This document shows positions 21,159-30,811 of a DNA stretch of 64,000 nucleotides, in pieces. Every line of letters starts with the position of its first letter. The stretch's first letter is position 1. The notes under the pieces were generated by a model. That model had not been told where the DNA came from. It worked only from the letters and a program-made list of their open reading frames with translations, and ran no database searches. Origin of the DNA: Naegleria gruberi (taxonomy: Eukaryota); the NCBI GenBank assembly GCA_000004985.1, contig GG738859.1; one strand, 5' to 3'. Made by a program: the position numbers and the translations under genes.

Positions 21159-21863
21159 ATGTCATCAAGTACACAACCTAATCCATCACTGCCTAGTAAT
21201 ACAACACCATCAAATACGTCATCGGGAATAAATCCAACAGGAAATAGTAATACAAACGGGTCTAATCAAGCAAATGTTGCTGACAAGGATATTCAAAACG
21301 TACCTAAGGATGCTATCATTGTTGAAAAGATTTTACAAAGTATGGGAATTAATGAATTCGAACCAAGAGTTATTGAACAATTATTGGAATTAGTCTATAG
21401 ATATATAACGGAAGTTATTGAAGATTCGTATGTTTATATGGACCATGCTTCAAGGTCTGATTTGGACTTGGAAGACATCCGATTAGCCATTCAAACAAGA
21501 GTAAATCATTCATATACAGAGCCACCACCAGTTGAGGTTAGTAGAATAAGTTACAATTCGTGATGTTAATGACAAATGATTAACAAAATATAGTTTTTAC
21601 TTGAAGTGGCCAGTCAGAAGAATTCACAACCAATCCTCTTACCTAAAAAACAACGTGTATTATTACCTCCACAACATCATTGTCTCTCTAATAGAAACTA
21701 TCAATTTGCTAAGAGTTCACCAAGTGACGATCTAGGATCTAGAAAGAGACGAAAGCAATCCGAAGCCATGGTAATCGATGAAAATAATGATCAACTAGAA
21801 GTACAACAAAATGAAAATTCACTCTCATCATACGGAGGTGAATCTAGAATGACTGATGAATAA
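21159..21863 (+). CDS. TAF9: TFIID subunit TAF9 (histone-fold). Exons 21159..21536 and 21594..21863, 57-nt intron at 21537..21593 (GTTAGT...ATATAG).
   Basis: VPKDAIIVEKILQSMGINEFEPRVIEQLLELVYRYITEVIEDSYVYMDHASRSDLDLEDIRLAIQ matches human TAF9 [61 protein letters not shown]. The spliced junction PPPVE|FLLEVASQKNSQPILLPKKQ matches human [24 protein letters not shown]. Confidence 0.75.
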
Positions 21864-21975
21864 TTGTAAATTTAAACACACAAAATATTAACAAAATTAA
21901 TAGAAACACACAAGAAATTATAATAAATAGATGATATTTAAATAGTTGAATAAAGAATTAATCAAATATTAAAAA

Positions 21976-23051
21976 ATGCCAATTCTAAGAGGAGGTAAAC
22001 AACCAGTACGAGCAATAACTTTCAACCCTAAAGGAAAATTACTAGTCGGAACCAAAGAAGGAACTTTGAGACTACACAATGAATATCACACAGCAGAAAA
22101 TACCACCACAACACCATCGAGAGTAAGTTTTTAGATTGGAGCCTTTGATCCGAGGCAAATTATCAATAGCAACCTAGAGATGTTGAATATCAAGGAGCAA
22201 ACAAAGGAGATGTTACACAAGTGAAATTCAATCCTTGTTGTTCACATCAATTTGCTTGTATTACATCAAAGGGATGTTTGAGAATTTTCGATACAAAACA
22301 AACAACATATACTGGAGGAGCTCCAACAACACAATTGAATGTAAATGATCTTTATTTGAAATGTTTTGATTGGTGTCCAACAGGACATAGAATGGCTGTT
22401 GTAGATTCAAAGAATAATATTACAATATATCAAATAGATGGTACACATCCAACAAATATTGGAGAAGTAACATCTAGCTCAAAACTCACTCTGAAAGAAC
22501 GTGTGAGTTTTCCAGTGGAAATTACTGACCTGATGTGGGATAGGAAAGGAAAAACTTTATACATTGCTAGTGAAAATGGACGTATTTATTATGTGAGGGA
22601 GGACGAAAAAATTGCAACCTATGTTTCAAAAGTATTCAACCCAATGATTGACGAAAACATTAGAGAACCATATATTCTAGTTGGAAGGTCAGCAATAACT
22701 TGTTTGGATATATCACATGATGACAAGTATCTCATAGTAGGTTCAGAAGATTCAGCTGTCTCAGTATTTGAGATACAAGATTTGATTTGTGTACATAATT
22801 TCTCTGATATAGGATCTCTTGTGACCACTGTATCTGTACGATTATTACAAGGAAAGTATTTGATATTATTTTCCACAAGGAATGATGAGAAGAAAGTAAC
22901 TGGTATTTTCTTAATGAATTTAAATGACGGAAAGATGTTATTCAAGACTGAGCGTGACGGTATTTCAAAAGCAATTTTACATCCTTCAATGAATTATATT
23001 GCCTTTTGCCAAGATAGCTCTCCTTATGATGTGATAGTGGAGGGTTTTTAA
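21976..23051 (+). CDS. WD40-repeat protein, THOC3/Tex1-like. Exons 21976..22122 and 22170..23051, 47-nt intron at 22123..22169 (GTAAGT...CAATAG).
   Basis: Exon 1 MPILRGGKQPVRAITFNPKGKLLVGTKEGTLRL is a WD blade. Exon 2 continues in frame; the track ORF 22221 begins at an internal GTG. The C-terminal FEIQDLICVHNFSDIGSLVTTVSV resembles THOC3 WDVDELVCVRCFSRLDWPVRTLSF. Confidence 0.6.
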
Positions 23052-23209
23052 CTATCCATGTCTTAATAAAAGAATATTCTATTTTTGACAGCTATCATTT
23101 GTTTTCATCATTCAATACAACTGAGTCACCTTACAAAACTTTCCCGCCAAAATAAACTTTTTCATTTGAAAATTATTACAGTTAGGGAGTTTAAAACAAC
23201 AACAAAAAA

Positions 23210-24343
23210 ATGTTCCCATTTACCGACGTTGAGACAAAGGAAAGATTGGCTATCGAGAAGAGAAGACAAGCAGAAGAGGAAAGAAGGAAGAGAATTCTTG
23301 ATCCAAAGGCAAGAACAATGGGTTTAGATGTTGCTGGTATACAATCACAAATTGAAGAAAAGGAGCAAATAAAGAAGCGAGAACAAGACCGTGATAGATA
23401 TTTCGACCAAGCCTCCCTTGTTCATGCAAAGGTTGCCAACATTATGGAGAAGGAAATGCATCAAACTAAAAAACAAGTTTATAAGGAAGTCAATGATTTT
23501 AGAAAAAACGAACAGTTACCTCATACAAGAAGGGAATTTGATTTAAATGATCCTGATGAATTGAAAAAGAGTAGACCAATCAGAGTTGGTGACTATGATC
23601 CTAGCTTGACGATTTCAGGAGGGCAAATTATGCACGGAGAGGACTTGGGTCGTGAAGAAAGACTTAAAGCTCAGCAAGACCAATTGAAGTGTTGGGTCTC
23701 AGAACAAGTCAATGAAAAACAAATGGTAAAGGAAAAGGAAGATTTGGAAAGAAAATTATTCGAGCAAAAGGAATTGGAAATTCAAAGATTGACCTATGAA
23801 TTAAGGGAAAAAGAGAATATGATAAAACTTGAAAAGGAAAGAGAAAGAAAAGAATTCAACGTTGAACAATGGAATGACAAGGAAGAGAAAGAAAAGCTTC
23901 AAAGAGAGAAAGAAGAATTAGATAAATTAGAAGAAATACAGAATCAACTCAATAGTCATCTCCTTAATGAGGCATTCCACACAACTCTCAATGTTAATGA
24001 TCCTAATAGATTTAGACCAGATCACTTCAAGCATATGAGACCAGATCAATACGAACACATTGAACAAGTAAGACAAGAACAACTCAGAGAATTACAACAA
24101 AAGAGAGATACGGAAAGTTTAAATCAACAATATTGGGATAAGAAACGTTTGCTTGAAACAAAGATGGCAGGCTTACAATTAAGAGAACAAGAACGAGCAA
24201 AGAAGCAGCAAGCAGCTGAACTTTTAGAATTACACAAAAGGCAAGCTGAAGAAAAGAAACAAAAGGAAAAGTTTGTAAATCAAGTGTATGCTAATGAGGT
24301 CACAGAGGATTTTTTCAATCGTTTTGGAACAAGCAGTCGTTAA
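23210..24343 (+). CDS. RIB43A-like ciliary/flagellar protofilament-ribbon coiled-coil protein
   Basis: 377 aa. N-terminal RILDPKARTMGLDVAGIQSQIEEKEQ (the RIB43A IGVDV..L..QV.EK signature), repeated E/K/R-rich coiled coils, C-terminal ...FFNRFGTSSR. Confidence 0.6.
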   Translation: MFPFTDVETKERLAIEKRRQAEEERRKRILDPKARTMGLDVAGIQSQIEEKEQIKKREQDRDRYFDQASLVHAKVANIMEKEMHQTKKQVYKEVNDFRKNEQLPHTRREFDLNDPDELKKSRPIRVGDYDPSLTISGGQIMHGEDLGREERLKAQQDQLKCWVSEQVNEKQMVKEKEDLERKLFEQKELEIQRLTYELREKENMIKLEKERERKEFNVEQWNDKEEKEKLQREKEELDKLEEIQNQLNSHLLNEAFHTTLNVNDPNRFRPDHFKHMRPDQYEHIEQVRQEQLRELQQKRDTESLNQQYWDKKRLLETKMAGLQLREQERAKKQQAAELLELHKRQAEEKKQKEKFVNQVYANEVTEDFFNRFGTSSR

Positions 24344-24479
24344 ATGTAAATAAACTCCAATTGTAATTTATAATTAAATTGTTTCTTAATTTTCCAATTC
24401 TATTTTAAAAATTGAATAGTTTCCTAGTGGTTTGTGACAAGCACTCCTTCAATATTTTACAAGTTACTATCAACATTAT

Positions 24480-25007
24480 TTACGTTAAATTGATAGATTT
24501 TGGTTCCAAACTGACTTTTTGTGAAACAAGTGAATAAAATTGATTCATCTTTTCATTCAATGCCTTTTGGTAATTATCCAAAATATACACATATTTGTCT
24601 TGAAGACAGGCTTGATTTGGATCATCTTTTTTTTGTGTTGTTGTTGTTGTTGATGTTGCTGTGTTATTAGTAGTAGATGATGTGCCTGCTGCAGCAGTAG
24701 ATGATGATTGGACTTGTCTCTTCTTTTTCTCTCTTGTTACTGTTGGTGTAGGAACAGGGATCGGAGAGTTAGATTCCTCAGGTGTTGTTTCAGGACTTGG
24801 TTCTTTTCTCTTCTTTTGTGATTTTGGTGTTTTTGGTGCTTTTGGTGTTGTTGATGCTTTTGGTGGTTTTGTGAGGGGAGCCTCTACACATTCCAATCCT
24901 CTCTTTTGACAACGTTCACAAGGTCTCTTCATATCACAACGAAGGTGAGCCTTCCTACATCCAGCACAAGCTCTTCCCACTTTCCCTCGCTTGTTTTCTC
25001 CTCTCAT
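24480..25007 (-). CDS. Zn(2)-Cys(6) binuclear-cluster (GAL4-type) DNA-binding protein, 176 aa
   Basis: The track ORF starts at an alternative codon. The real ATG gives MRGENKRGKVGRACAGCRKAHLRCDMKRPCERCQKRGLECV = C-x2-C-x6-C-x6-C-x2-C-x6-C, followed by a basic S/T/P-rich tail. Confidence 0.6.
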   Translation of the reverse strand: MRGENKRGKVGRACAGCRKAHLRCDMKRPCERCQKRGLECVEAPLTKPPKASTTPKAPKTPKSQKKRKEPSPETTPEESNSPIPVPTPTVTREKKKRQVQSSSTAAAGTSSTTNNTATSTTTTTQKKDDPNQACLQDKYVYILDNYQKALNEKMNQFYSLVSQKVSLEPKSINLT

Positions 25008-25242
25008 TTTTTTACTATTTAAAAATAAAAAATACTTTTCACTACAATCTATTCGCACCTAAAGCAAGGATTAGGAAACGATTCTTTTTGCTTGCTTTTC
25101 TCGTCGCACATGTTTTTTGTTTCACACTAATTTTTTGTTTTAGCTCATTTCTTGCTTTAGTATCTTTCTGAGGTGTGTAGTTTGTAGTGCTATCAAATAA
25201 CGTGGTATTTGCTTAAAGAGTATTCATTTAAATATTAAAATT

Positions 25243-25316
25243 TGCCTCCCTTGGGAATCGAACCCAAGACCTCTGTCTTACTAGGACAGCGCTACTGCCA
25301 ACTGAGCTAGGAAGGC
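25243..25316 (-). tRNA. tRNA-Thr (anticodon AGT)
   Basis: Reverse complement GCCTTCCTAGCTCAGTTGGCAGTAGCGCTGTCCTAGTAAGACAGAGGTCTTGGGTTCGATTCCCAAGGGAGGCA. Anticodon stem CTGTC/GACAG, loop CTAGTAA. Confidence 0.85.
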
Positions 25317-25424
25317 TTCACATTCATTCCACAACAATCCTCAATATAATAACTTTTTTCTCAAATCTTGTGCTAAAATATTAACAGACGACTGAAAGAC
25401 AACCTTGTTAAATAAAGACAAAAT

Positions 25425-27566
25425 TTATTTTTCTTTTCTCTTGGCCATCTTTCTGTCGAGGGCACCCAAAACTTTCTTTCTCAAACGAATATTCTTTGGT
25501 GTAACTTCAATAAGTTCATCTTGTTGGATATAAGTCAAAACTTCTTCCAATTGGAATACTCGAGGTGGAGATAATCTGATAGTATCTTCCTTACCTGCTG
25601 CTCTCATGTTAGTCAAGTGTTTTTCCTTACAAGGATTAACTTCAATATCATTTTCTCTACTGTGTTCACCAACAATCATACCTTCATAACATTCAGCTGA
25701 TGGATGAATGAAAATATTACCTCTAGCTTCAAGTGGACCTAAAGCATAAGGTGTACCTTTACCACCTTCAAGTGAAACCATGACACCCTTTCTAGTCTTT
25801 TCAATAGGTCCCTTGTATGGTTCATAATCACTGAAAATGTGAGTGAGCATACCTTCACCACGAGTATCAGTTCTGAATTCAGAAGCATAACCAATGAGAC
25901 CACGAGTTGGAACTCTATAAAGTAATTTAGCCTTAATACCATCAACCTTATAATCAATCATTTCACCCTTTCTCTTAGCAAGCTTTTCCATACATTGAGC
26001 AGCCAAACCATTATCAACATCAATTGTAACTTCTTCAATTGGTTCCAAAATATCATCCTTACCACCACCTTCAACATCCTTAAAGATGACTCTTGGAGGA
26101 GAAACTTGGAATTCATAACCTTCTCTTCTCATATTTTCAATAAGTACAGCCAATTGCATTTCACCACGACCCATAATTTCAAAAGCTTCACCCATTGGTT
26201 TAATTGTTAAACTGACGTTCATTTCAGCTTCCTTCAATAAACGAGCACGAAGTTGAGTTGCAGAACATAATTTACCTTCCTTACCAGCCAATGGACTGTC
26301 ATTGACAAGGAACATTACAGACAAAATTGGAGGATCAATTGGTTTAGCTTCAATTGGAGTTGTAACTTGTTTAACATCACAAACTGTATCAGTAACACTG
26401 GCCTTTGAAATACCAGCAATGGATACAATAGAACCAGATAAAGCTCTCTTTACAGGTGTTCTTTGCATACCAATTCTTTGCATGACTTGTAAAACTTTAC
26501 CTTCTTCTAAAACTTCACCAGTTCTACTCATAACTTTAACTCTATCACCTGGTTTAACGGCACCACCATACATTTTACCAGTAACAATTCTACCGAAAAT
26601 TCTATCATAATCAACTGTACTAACAAGCATTTGGAATGGACTTGCAGCAGATGGTCTAACTTTTGGACATGGAATATGTTCCAAAATTGCTTCAAAGATT
26701 GGAGCTGTATTCTTTCTTTCATCCTTTTCAAAATCTTTAACTGCCCAACCACTCTTGGCACTGGCATATAAAATTGGGAAATCCAATTGTTCATCATTAG
26801 CTCCCAAATCAATAAATAAGTCATAAACTTCATTTTCAACTTCACCTCCAATACGAGCAGTTTCACGATCTGATTTGTTGAAAATAACAATTGGTTTCAA
26901 TCCATGTTCTAAGGCCTTTCTCAAAACAAACTTTGTTTGAGCCATAACACCTTCAGTAGCATCAACAAGTAAACAAACACCATCAACCATTGACATGACT
27001 CTTTCCACTTCACCTGAAAAATCAGCATGTCCTGGAGTATCAACAATATTGATAATATATTCACCCTTATATTGAACTGATGTCAATTTAGCCATAATTG
27101 TAATACCTCTTTCCTTTTCCAAGTCCAAACTATCCATTGTACGTTCTTCAGCATCATCTTTAATTGTACCTGTTTGTTTTAATAAACAATCAATCATTGT
27201 TGTTTTACCTGTATCGACGTGAGCAATAATTGCCAAGTTACGAATATTCTTTACTGTGACAAATCCTTCGGAATCAGCTTCAGATTCAACTTGAGGAATA
27301 TCTAAAATATTGATATAATTGGATCCAGATAAATCAACTTTGGAATCATGTTGACGTAAATTTGAGGAGAAGAAACGTTCTTGTTGTTGGGAAAGTAATC
27401 TTTGTAAAAGAGAATGTTTTTGGAGGAGATTAGAGTGCTCAAAGTGGAACCCTTGTGAAAAAACAGATGAGGCAGCCCCGATACAAGGTTTTGACTGTGA
27501 TGATGAAGAAGCAATCTTCCTGACGATACGACTACCACTGGCGACAAGGTTTTTAGAGTTGAGCAT
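25425..27566 (-). CDS. typA: TypA/BipA-family translational GTPase with a ~110-aa N-terminal extension (probable organellar, mitochondrial-type targeting)
   Basis: 713 aa. G-domain [26 protein letters not shown], then the TypA-specific C-terminal domains. The preceding ~110 aa are S/R-rich ([36 protein letters not shown]...), absent from bacterial TypA. Confidence 0.85.
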   Translation of the reverse strand: MLNSKNLVASGSRIVRKIASSSSQSKPCIGAASSVFSQGFHFEHSNLLQKHSLLQRLLSQQQERFFSSNLRQHDSKVDLSGSNYINILDIPQVESEADSEGFVTVKNIRNLAIIAHVDTGKTTMIDCLLKQTGTIKDDAEERTMDSLDLEKERGITIMAKLTSVQYKGEYIINIVDTPGHADFSGEVERVMSMVDGVCLLVDATEGVMAQTKFVLRKALEHGLKPIVIFNKSDRETARIGGEVENEVYDLFIDLGANDEQLDFPILYASAKSGWAVKDFEKDERKNTAPIFEAILEHIPCPKVRPSAASPFQMLVSTVDYDRIFGRIVTGKMYGGAVKPGDRVKVMSRTGEVLEEGKVLQVMQRIGMQRTPVKRALSGSIVSIAGISKASVTDTVCDVKQVTTPIEAKPIDPPILSVMFLVNDSPLAGKEGKLCSATQLRARLLKEAEMNVSLTIKPMGEAFEIMGRGEMQLAVLIENMRREGYEFQVSPPRVIFKDVEGGGKDDILEPIEEVTIDVDNGLAAQCMEKLAKRKGEMIDYKVDGIKAKLLYRVPTRGLIGYASEFRTDTRGEGMLTHIFSDYEPYKGPIEKTRKGVMVSLEGGKGTPYALGPLEARGNIFIHPSAECYEGMIVGEHSRENDIEVNPCKEKHLTNMRAAGKEDTIRLSPPRVFQLEEVLTYIQQDELIEVTPKNIRLRKKVLGALDRKMAKRKEK

Positions 27567-27772
27567 TTTTTATCTTCAAGGAAAAGGGTCATTTTTCACA
27601 ACACTCACCATTTTGATTGAAAATTTTCAAAGAACGAGAGTGATGAGTATCGGCTAGTTTTTTGTGCTGCTGGGTTATTTGATTAATGGAGTTTTTCAGA
27701 TATGGAATGGATGATAAAATGAAAAATTAAACTAAATAACAAGAATTTAAAAATCAATATGTAATAAAGATT

Positions 27773-29089
27773 TTACTTTTTCTTTTTAAGTGGAGAGCCA
27801 GATTTTAGAATCTTTTTCTTCTTTGGCTCAATTGATGGCGCTCTAGGTTTGCTTTGTGGTTGTTGTTTGCTTAGGGCAGGTGTTGTGTTTTTAACTAAGG
27901 ATCTCAGTTGGCCTAGTTCCTTTCCATGATGATTGATATCCTTCATGAGATCCATCATCTTTTGCTTGTAGTCTTTGAATTCATTGTTACATTCTTCTTG
28001 GAGTTTTTCAAAATCCTTCAATCTGGTTATGGAATGGGTGTTAGAAGTGTCTGTGTCTTCAGCTCCTGAAATTTCGAGTTGAGAAAGGTCTTCTTTTTTT
28101 CTTCTTACAACAACAGTACTACTGACGTTGTATTCGACCTCATCCTTCTTTTGATCCTTAGTTGGAGGGTGAGATAAATTAGGGGAATGATTTGTTTTTT
28201 GTTTTGATATTTCTACTACAGCCTTTTTGAAACGTCTCTTCTTTCTCTTAATTGTGCTACAGGATGATCCACATTCAGACTCTTCAAGTGAAGAATCAGA
28301 ATCAGAGTCTGTATCATCACTTGAATTGCTTGAATCCTCTATATGTGATTGAGATGTTTCATTCAGCTTGGGTGATGCCATCTTTGGTTCGGCTTTTCTA
28401 AAGAGTGGTTTAATACTATCAGATGTTTCTCTAACCTCTGAATCTCTTGATTTCGTTGAATCTCTTGTTACTCTTGAGCCACCATTGATATTTGGAGAGG
28501 GGTTCATTACATTATTAATGCTCTCTAAATGTTCACATCTTCTTTGGAGCCTTTCATTCTCTTTCTTTTCATTGTCAACTGTTTTCCTGAGCTCGATTAT
28601 CTTTTCTTCAAACATTTTCTCTCTTTTCATTATTTGATCCTTTAGCTTTTCATACTCTTCAGAAAACTTGGATTTTTGTTTTTCGGCTATCAACTGCAAT
28701 TTCTTTGATCGTTTTCTTTCTTCCTCATATTTGATTTTGTACTGATCTAATTGCTCTTCGACTGTTTTTTTAAGATTCAAAAACTTGGCTTCATATTCCT
28801 CAATCCTTTTTTCGCTTTCTAATTTCTGATCCCTTAGTTGACTTTCACTCTTGAGCAACTCTTTTACTCGTTGATTGTATTTTTCCTCTTCCTGCAATAT
28901 GATGTTTTCTTTTTCATTACTTAGATTAACAAGGGTTTGTCGCAGTTCTTGATAGTTTCTTGCCATATCTTTGGATTCACTTTCCAACTCCTTGATTTTT
29001 TCCTCTTTTTCCATGTAGCTTCGTCTTTCCTCTTCAATTTTCTTTGAGAGGGCTTCCAAGGTATCGTGTTGTTGTTGAATTCTGTTCAT
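27773..29089 (-). CDS. Coiled-coil protein (438-aa ORF). Probably the 3' exon of a single gene joined to ORF 29117..30760 by a 39-nt intron.
   Basis: K/E-rich heptad-repeat sequence. Only 27 bp separate its ATG from the upstream ORF's stop, and a frame-preserving intron can be drawn across that gap (see finding). Confidence 0.55.
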   Translation of the reverse strand: MNRIQQQHDTLEALSKKIEEERRSYMEKEEKIKELESESKDMARNYQELRQTLVNLSNEKENIILQEEEKYNQRVKELLKSESQLRDQKLESEKRIEEYEAKFLNLKKTVEEQLDQYKIKYEEERKRSKKLQLIAEKQKSKFSEEYEKLKDQIMKREKMFEEKIIELRKTVDNEKKENERLQRRCEHLESINNVMNPSPNINGGSRVTRDSTKSRDSEVRETSDSIKPLFRKAEPKMASPKLNETSQSHIEDSSNSSDDTDSDSDSSLEESECGSSCSTIKRKKRRFKKAVVEISKQKTNHSPNLSHPPTKDQKKDEVEYNVSSTVVVRRKKEDLSQLEISGAEDTDTSNTHSITRLKDFEKLQEECNNEFKDYKQKMMDLMKDINHHGKELGQLRSLVKNTTPALSKQQPQSKPRAPSIEPKKKKILKSGSPLKKKK

Positions 29090-29116
29090 GTTAGAATTAA
29101 ATTAACATATGACAAC

Positions 29117-30760
29117 TTACTGACTAGTTAATTTTTCATTTTTCTCTTTTAGTTCCTTGGATTTAACCTTATGGTTTTTAACTGTTTCATCAATCTTTTG
29201 TGAAAGCTCTTCATTATATTTCCTCAAATCATTGACTTCTGTTCCTAGCTGCTCAGCATGTTTTTTAATTTCCCTAGAGTGATTTAACAATTCGTCATAT
29301 CTCTTTCTAATATTTACATAAGATTTTTCCTTTTCCTTCCATTCAGTCTCCTTTTCCTTAAGAGTTTTTTGAAGTTGATTTGCTTCGTCTGTTTTGGCTT
29401 GTAATTTTTGTCTTAGTTGCAAAAGCTGCTCGTTTTGCTTCTTTGTTTTTGAACTTAAATCTGCTGACTCATTGCATGATGTTATTATTCTCTCATTCCA
29501 TTCCTTTTCTTTTTGTTTGAACTCTATCCATTTCTCTTCGTATAAACCTCTAAGTGCTTGGAGTTCTAAATCTTTTTCTCGTTCAATAGTTGAGGTTCTT
29601 TCTTCGTGAGCTTCAAGAAGTGCTTCATACTCCACAACTTGATTTGATAGAGATGCTAGTCTTCGTTCATAATCTCTTAACAAAACATCTTTCTCCAGAT
29701 CTCTTTTCTTCTTTTCCACTCGAACTCGATCATCCTCAATTCGTTCTGGTTGTTGGTTGATTGGCCTTTGCTTTTTGGTTTGTGGTTGAGTTTCCTTAGC
29801 CTTAGGTAATTTAGGAGCAATTATTGGAGAAACATCACTAGGTTCAGGGCTTGCAAAAGTAACATTGGGGGTTATTTTTTTTTGAGCTTGGTTTTCAGCT
29901 ACCACTTGTTGGGCAATTTCTGAAACAACGGCCTTTGGAGGAATTTTAGTTTCTGTTGAAGCTTTTACAGAAACAGGTCTTGTTTTCATTGTATTTACAT
30001 TGTCTTCAGTTTCTGTTAACTCAATTTGAGTTGTTTCATCGTCGCTACATTGAGAAATGTCATCAAATGTGAATGGTGTTGCACCCTGTTTTTTTCTTTC
30101 TTCGTTTTCCCTTCTATGTTTCTCCAGTAGTTGATTTACTGATGTTGGTGGTTTAGAAACTACTTGTTTCTTGGGTATGTATTGCTCTTCCTCCTCCTCT
30201 TCCTCAATGTCTGTGTTTTCAATTTGATCATCCTCTGTATCGCAATAAGTTTCTATCACAACTTGTTTGCGATTAGTATTATTTAGTTTTTTGCCTGGTT
30301 TAATTTCTTCAACATCCTCAATTAGAACGCTGATATCACTGTTTTCATCATGAGATGATTGAAGCAGATCATCTTGTATTGAGGAGAGACTCTTCATCTC
30401 TGCTTGCATTTCTCTCAGTGAGGAAAAGATGGCTGATGGTTTGATCAGTTTTTTGTTTCCTTGTTGTTCGTGACAAGAATCTACCATTACTGGAGATTCC
30501 ATGTCTGTATTTTCCTCTTCCAAATATTCATCTTCATCATAATGTTGATTCTCCTCATCATTAATTTCCGTATATTTAAATAATTTTGTTTTTGATGTTC
30601 GTATTGATGATGTATTTTCGATTGAAGGGGTTTTCTTCCTTAGTGATGATACATTTACTTTTTCCTTGTTAATCTGAGAGTGAGTGGTATTGGGCGAAAG
30701 TGTTGTTTGTCTTATTGATGAGCCAAGCACTCGTTTTGTTTGTTGAGAATTTTCATACAT
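29117..30760 (-). CDS. Coiled-coil protein (547-aa ORF). Probably the 5' exon (30760..29121) of the same gene as 27773..29089.
   Basis: ATG at 30760 in an AAAAAAATG context. S/T/E-rich N-terminal half, coiled-coil C-terminal half. Its stop TAA is embedded in CA|GTAAGT, a canonical donor. Confidence 0.55.
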   Translation of the reverse strand: MYENSQQTKRVLGSSIRQTTLSPNTTHSQINKEKVNVSSLRKKTPSIENTSSIRTSKTKLFKYTEINDEENQHYDEDEYLEEENTDMESPVMVDSCHEQQGNKKLIKPSAIFSSLREMQAEMKSLSSIQDDLLQSSHDENSDISVLIEDVEEIKPGKKLNNTNRKQVVIETYCDTEDDQIENTDIEEEEEEEQYIPKKQVVSKPPTSVNQLLEKHRRENEERKKQGATPFTFDDISQCSDDETTQIELTETEDNVNTMKTRPVSVKASTETKIPPKAVVSEIAQQVVAENQAQKKITPNVTFASPEPSDVSPIIAPKLPKAKETQPQTKKQRPINQQPERIEDDRVRVEKKKRDLEKDVLLRDYERRLASLSNQVVEYEALLEAHEERTSTIEREKDLELQALRGLYEEKWIEFKQKEKEWNERIITSCNESADLSSKTKKQNEQLLQLRQKLQAKTDEANQLQKTLKEKETEWKEKEKSYVNIRKRYDELLNHSREIKKHAEQLGTEVNDLRKYNEELSQKIDETVKNHKVKSKELKEKNEKLTSQ

Positions 30761-30811
30761 TTTTTTCTTATTGGCGGGAAATTTTTGGCGCCAATTAACT
30801 ACACATATTTA

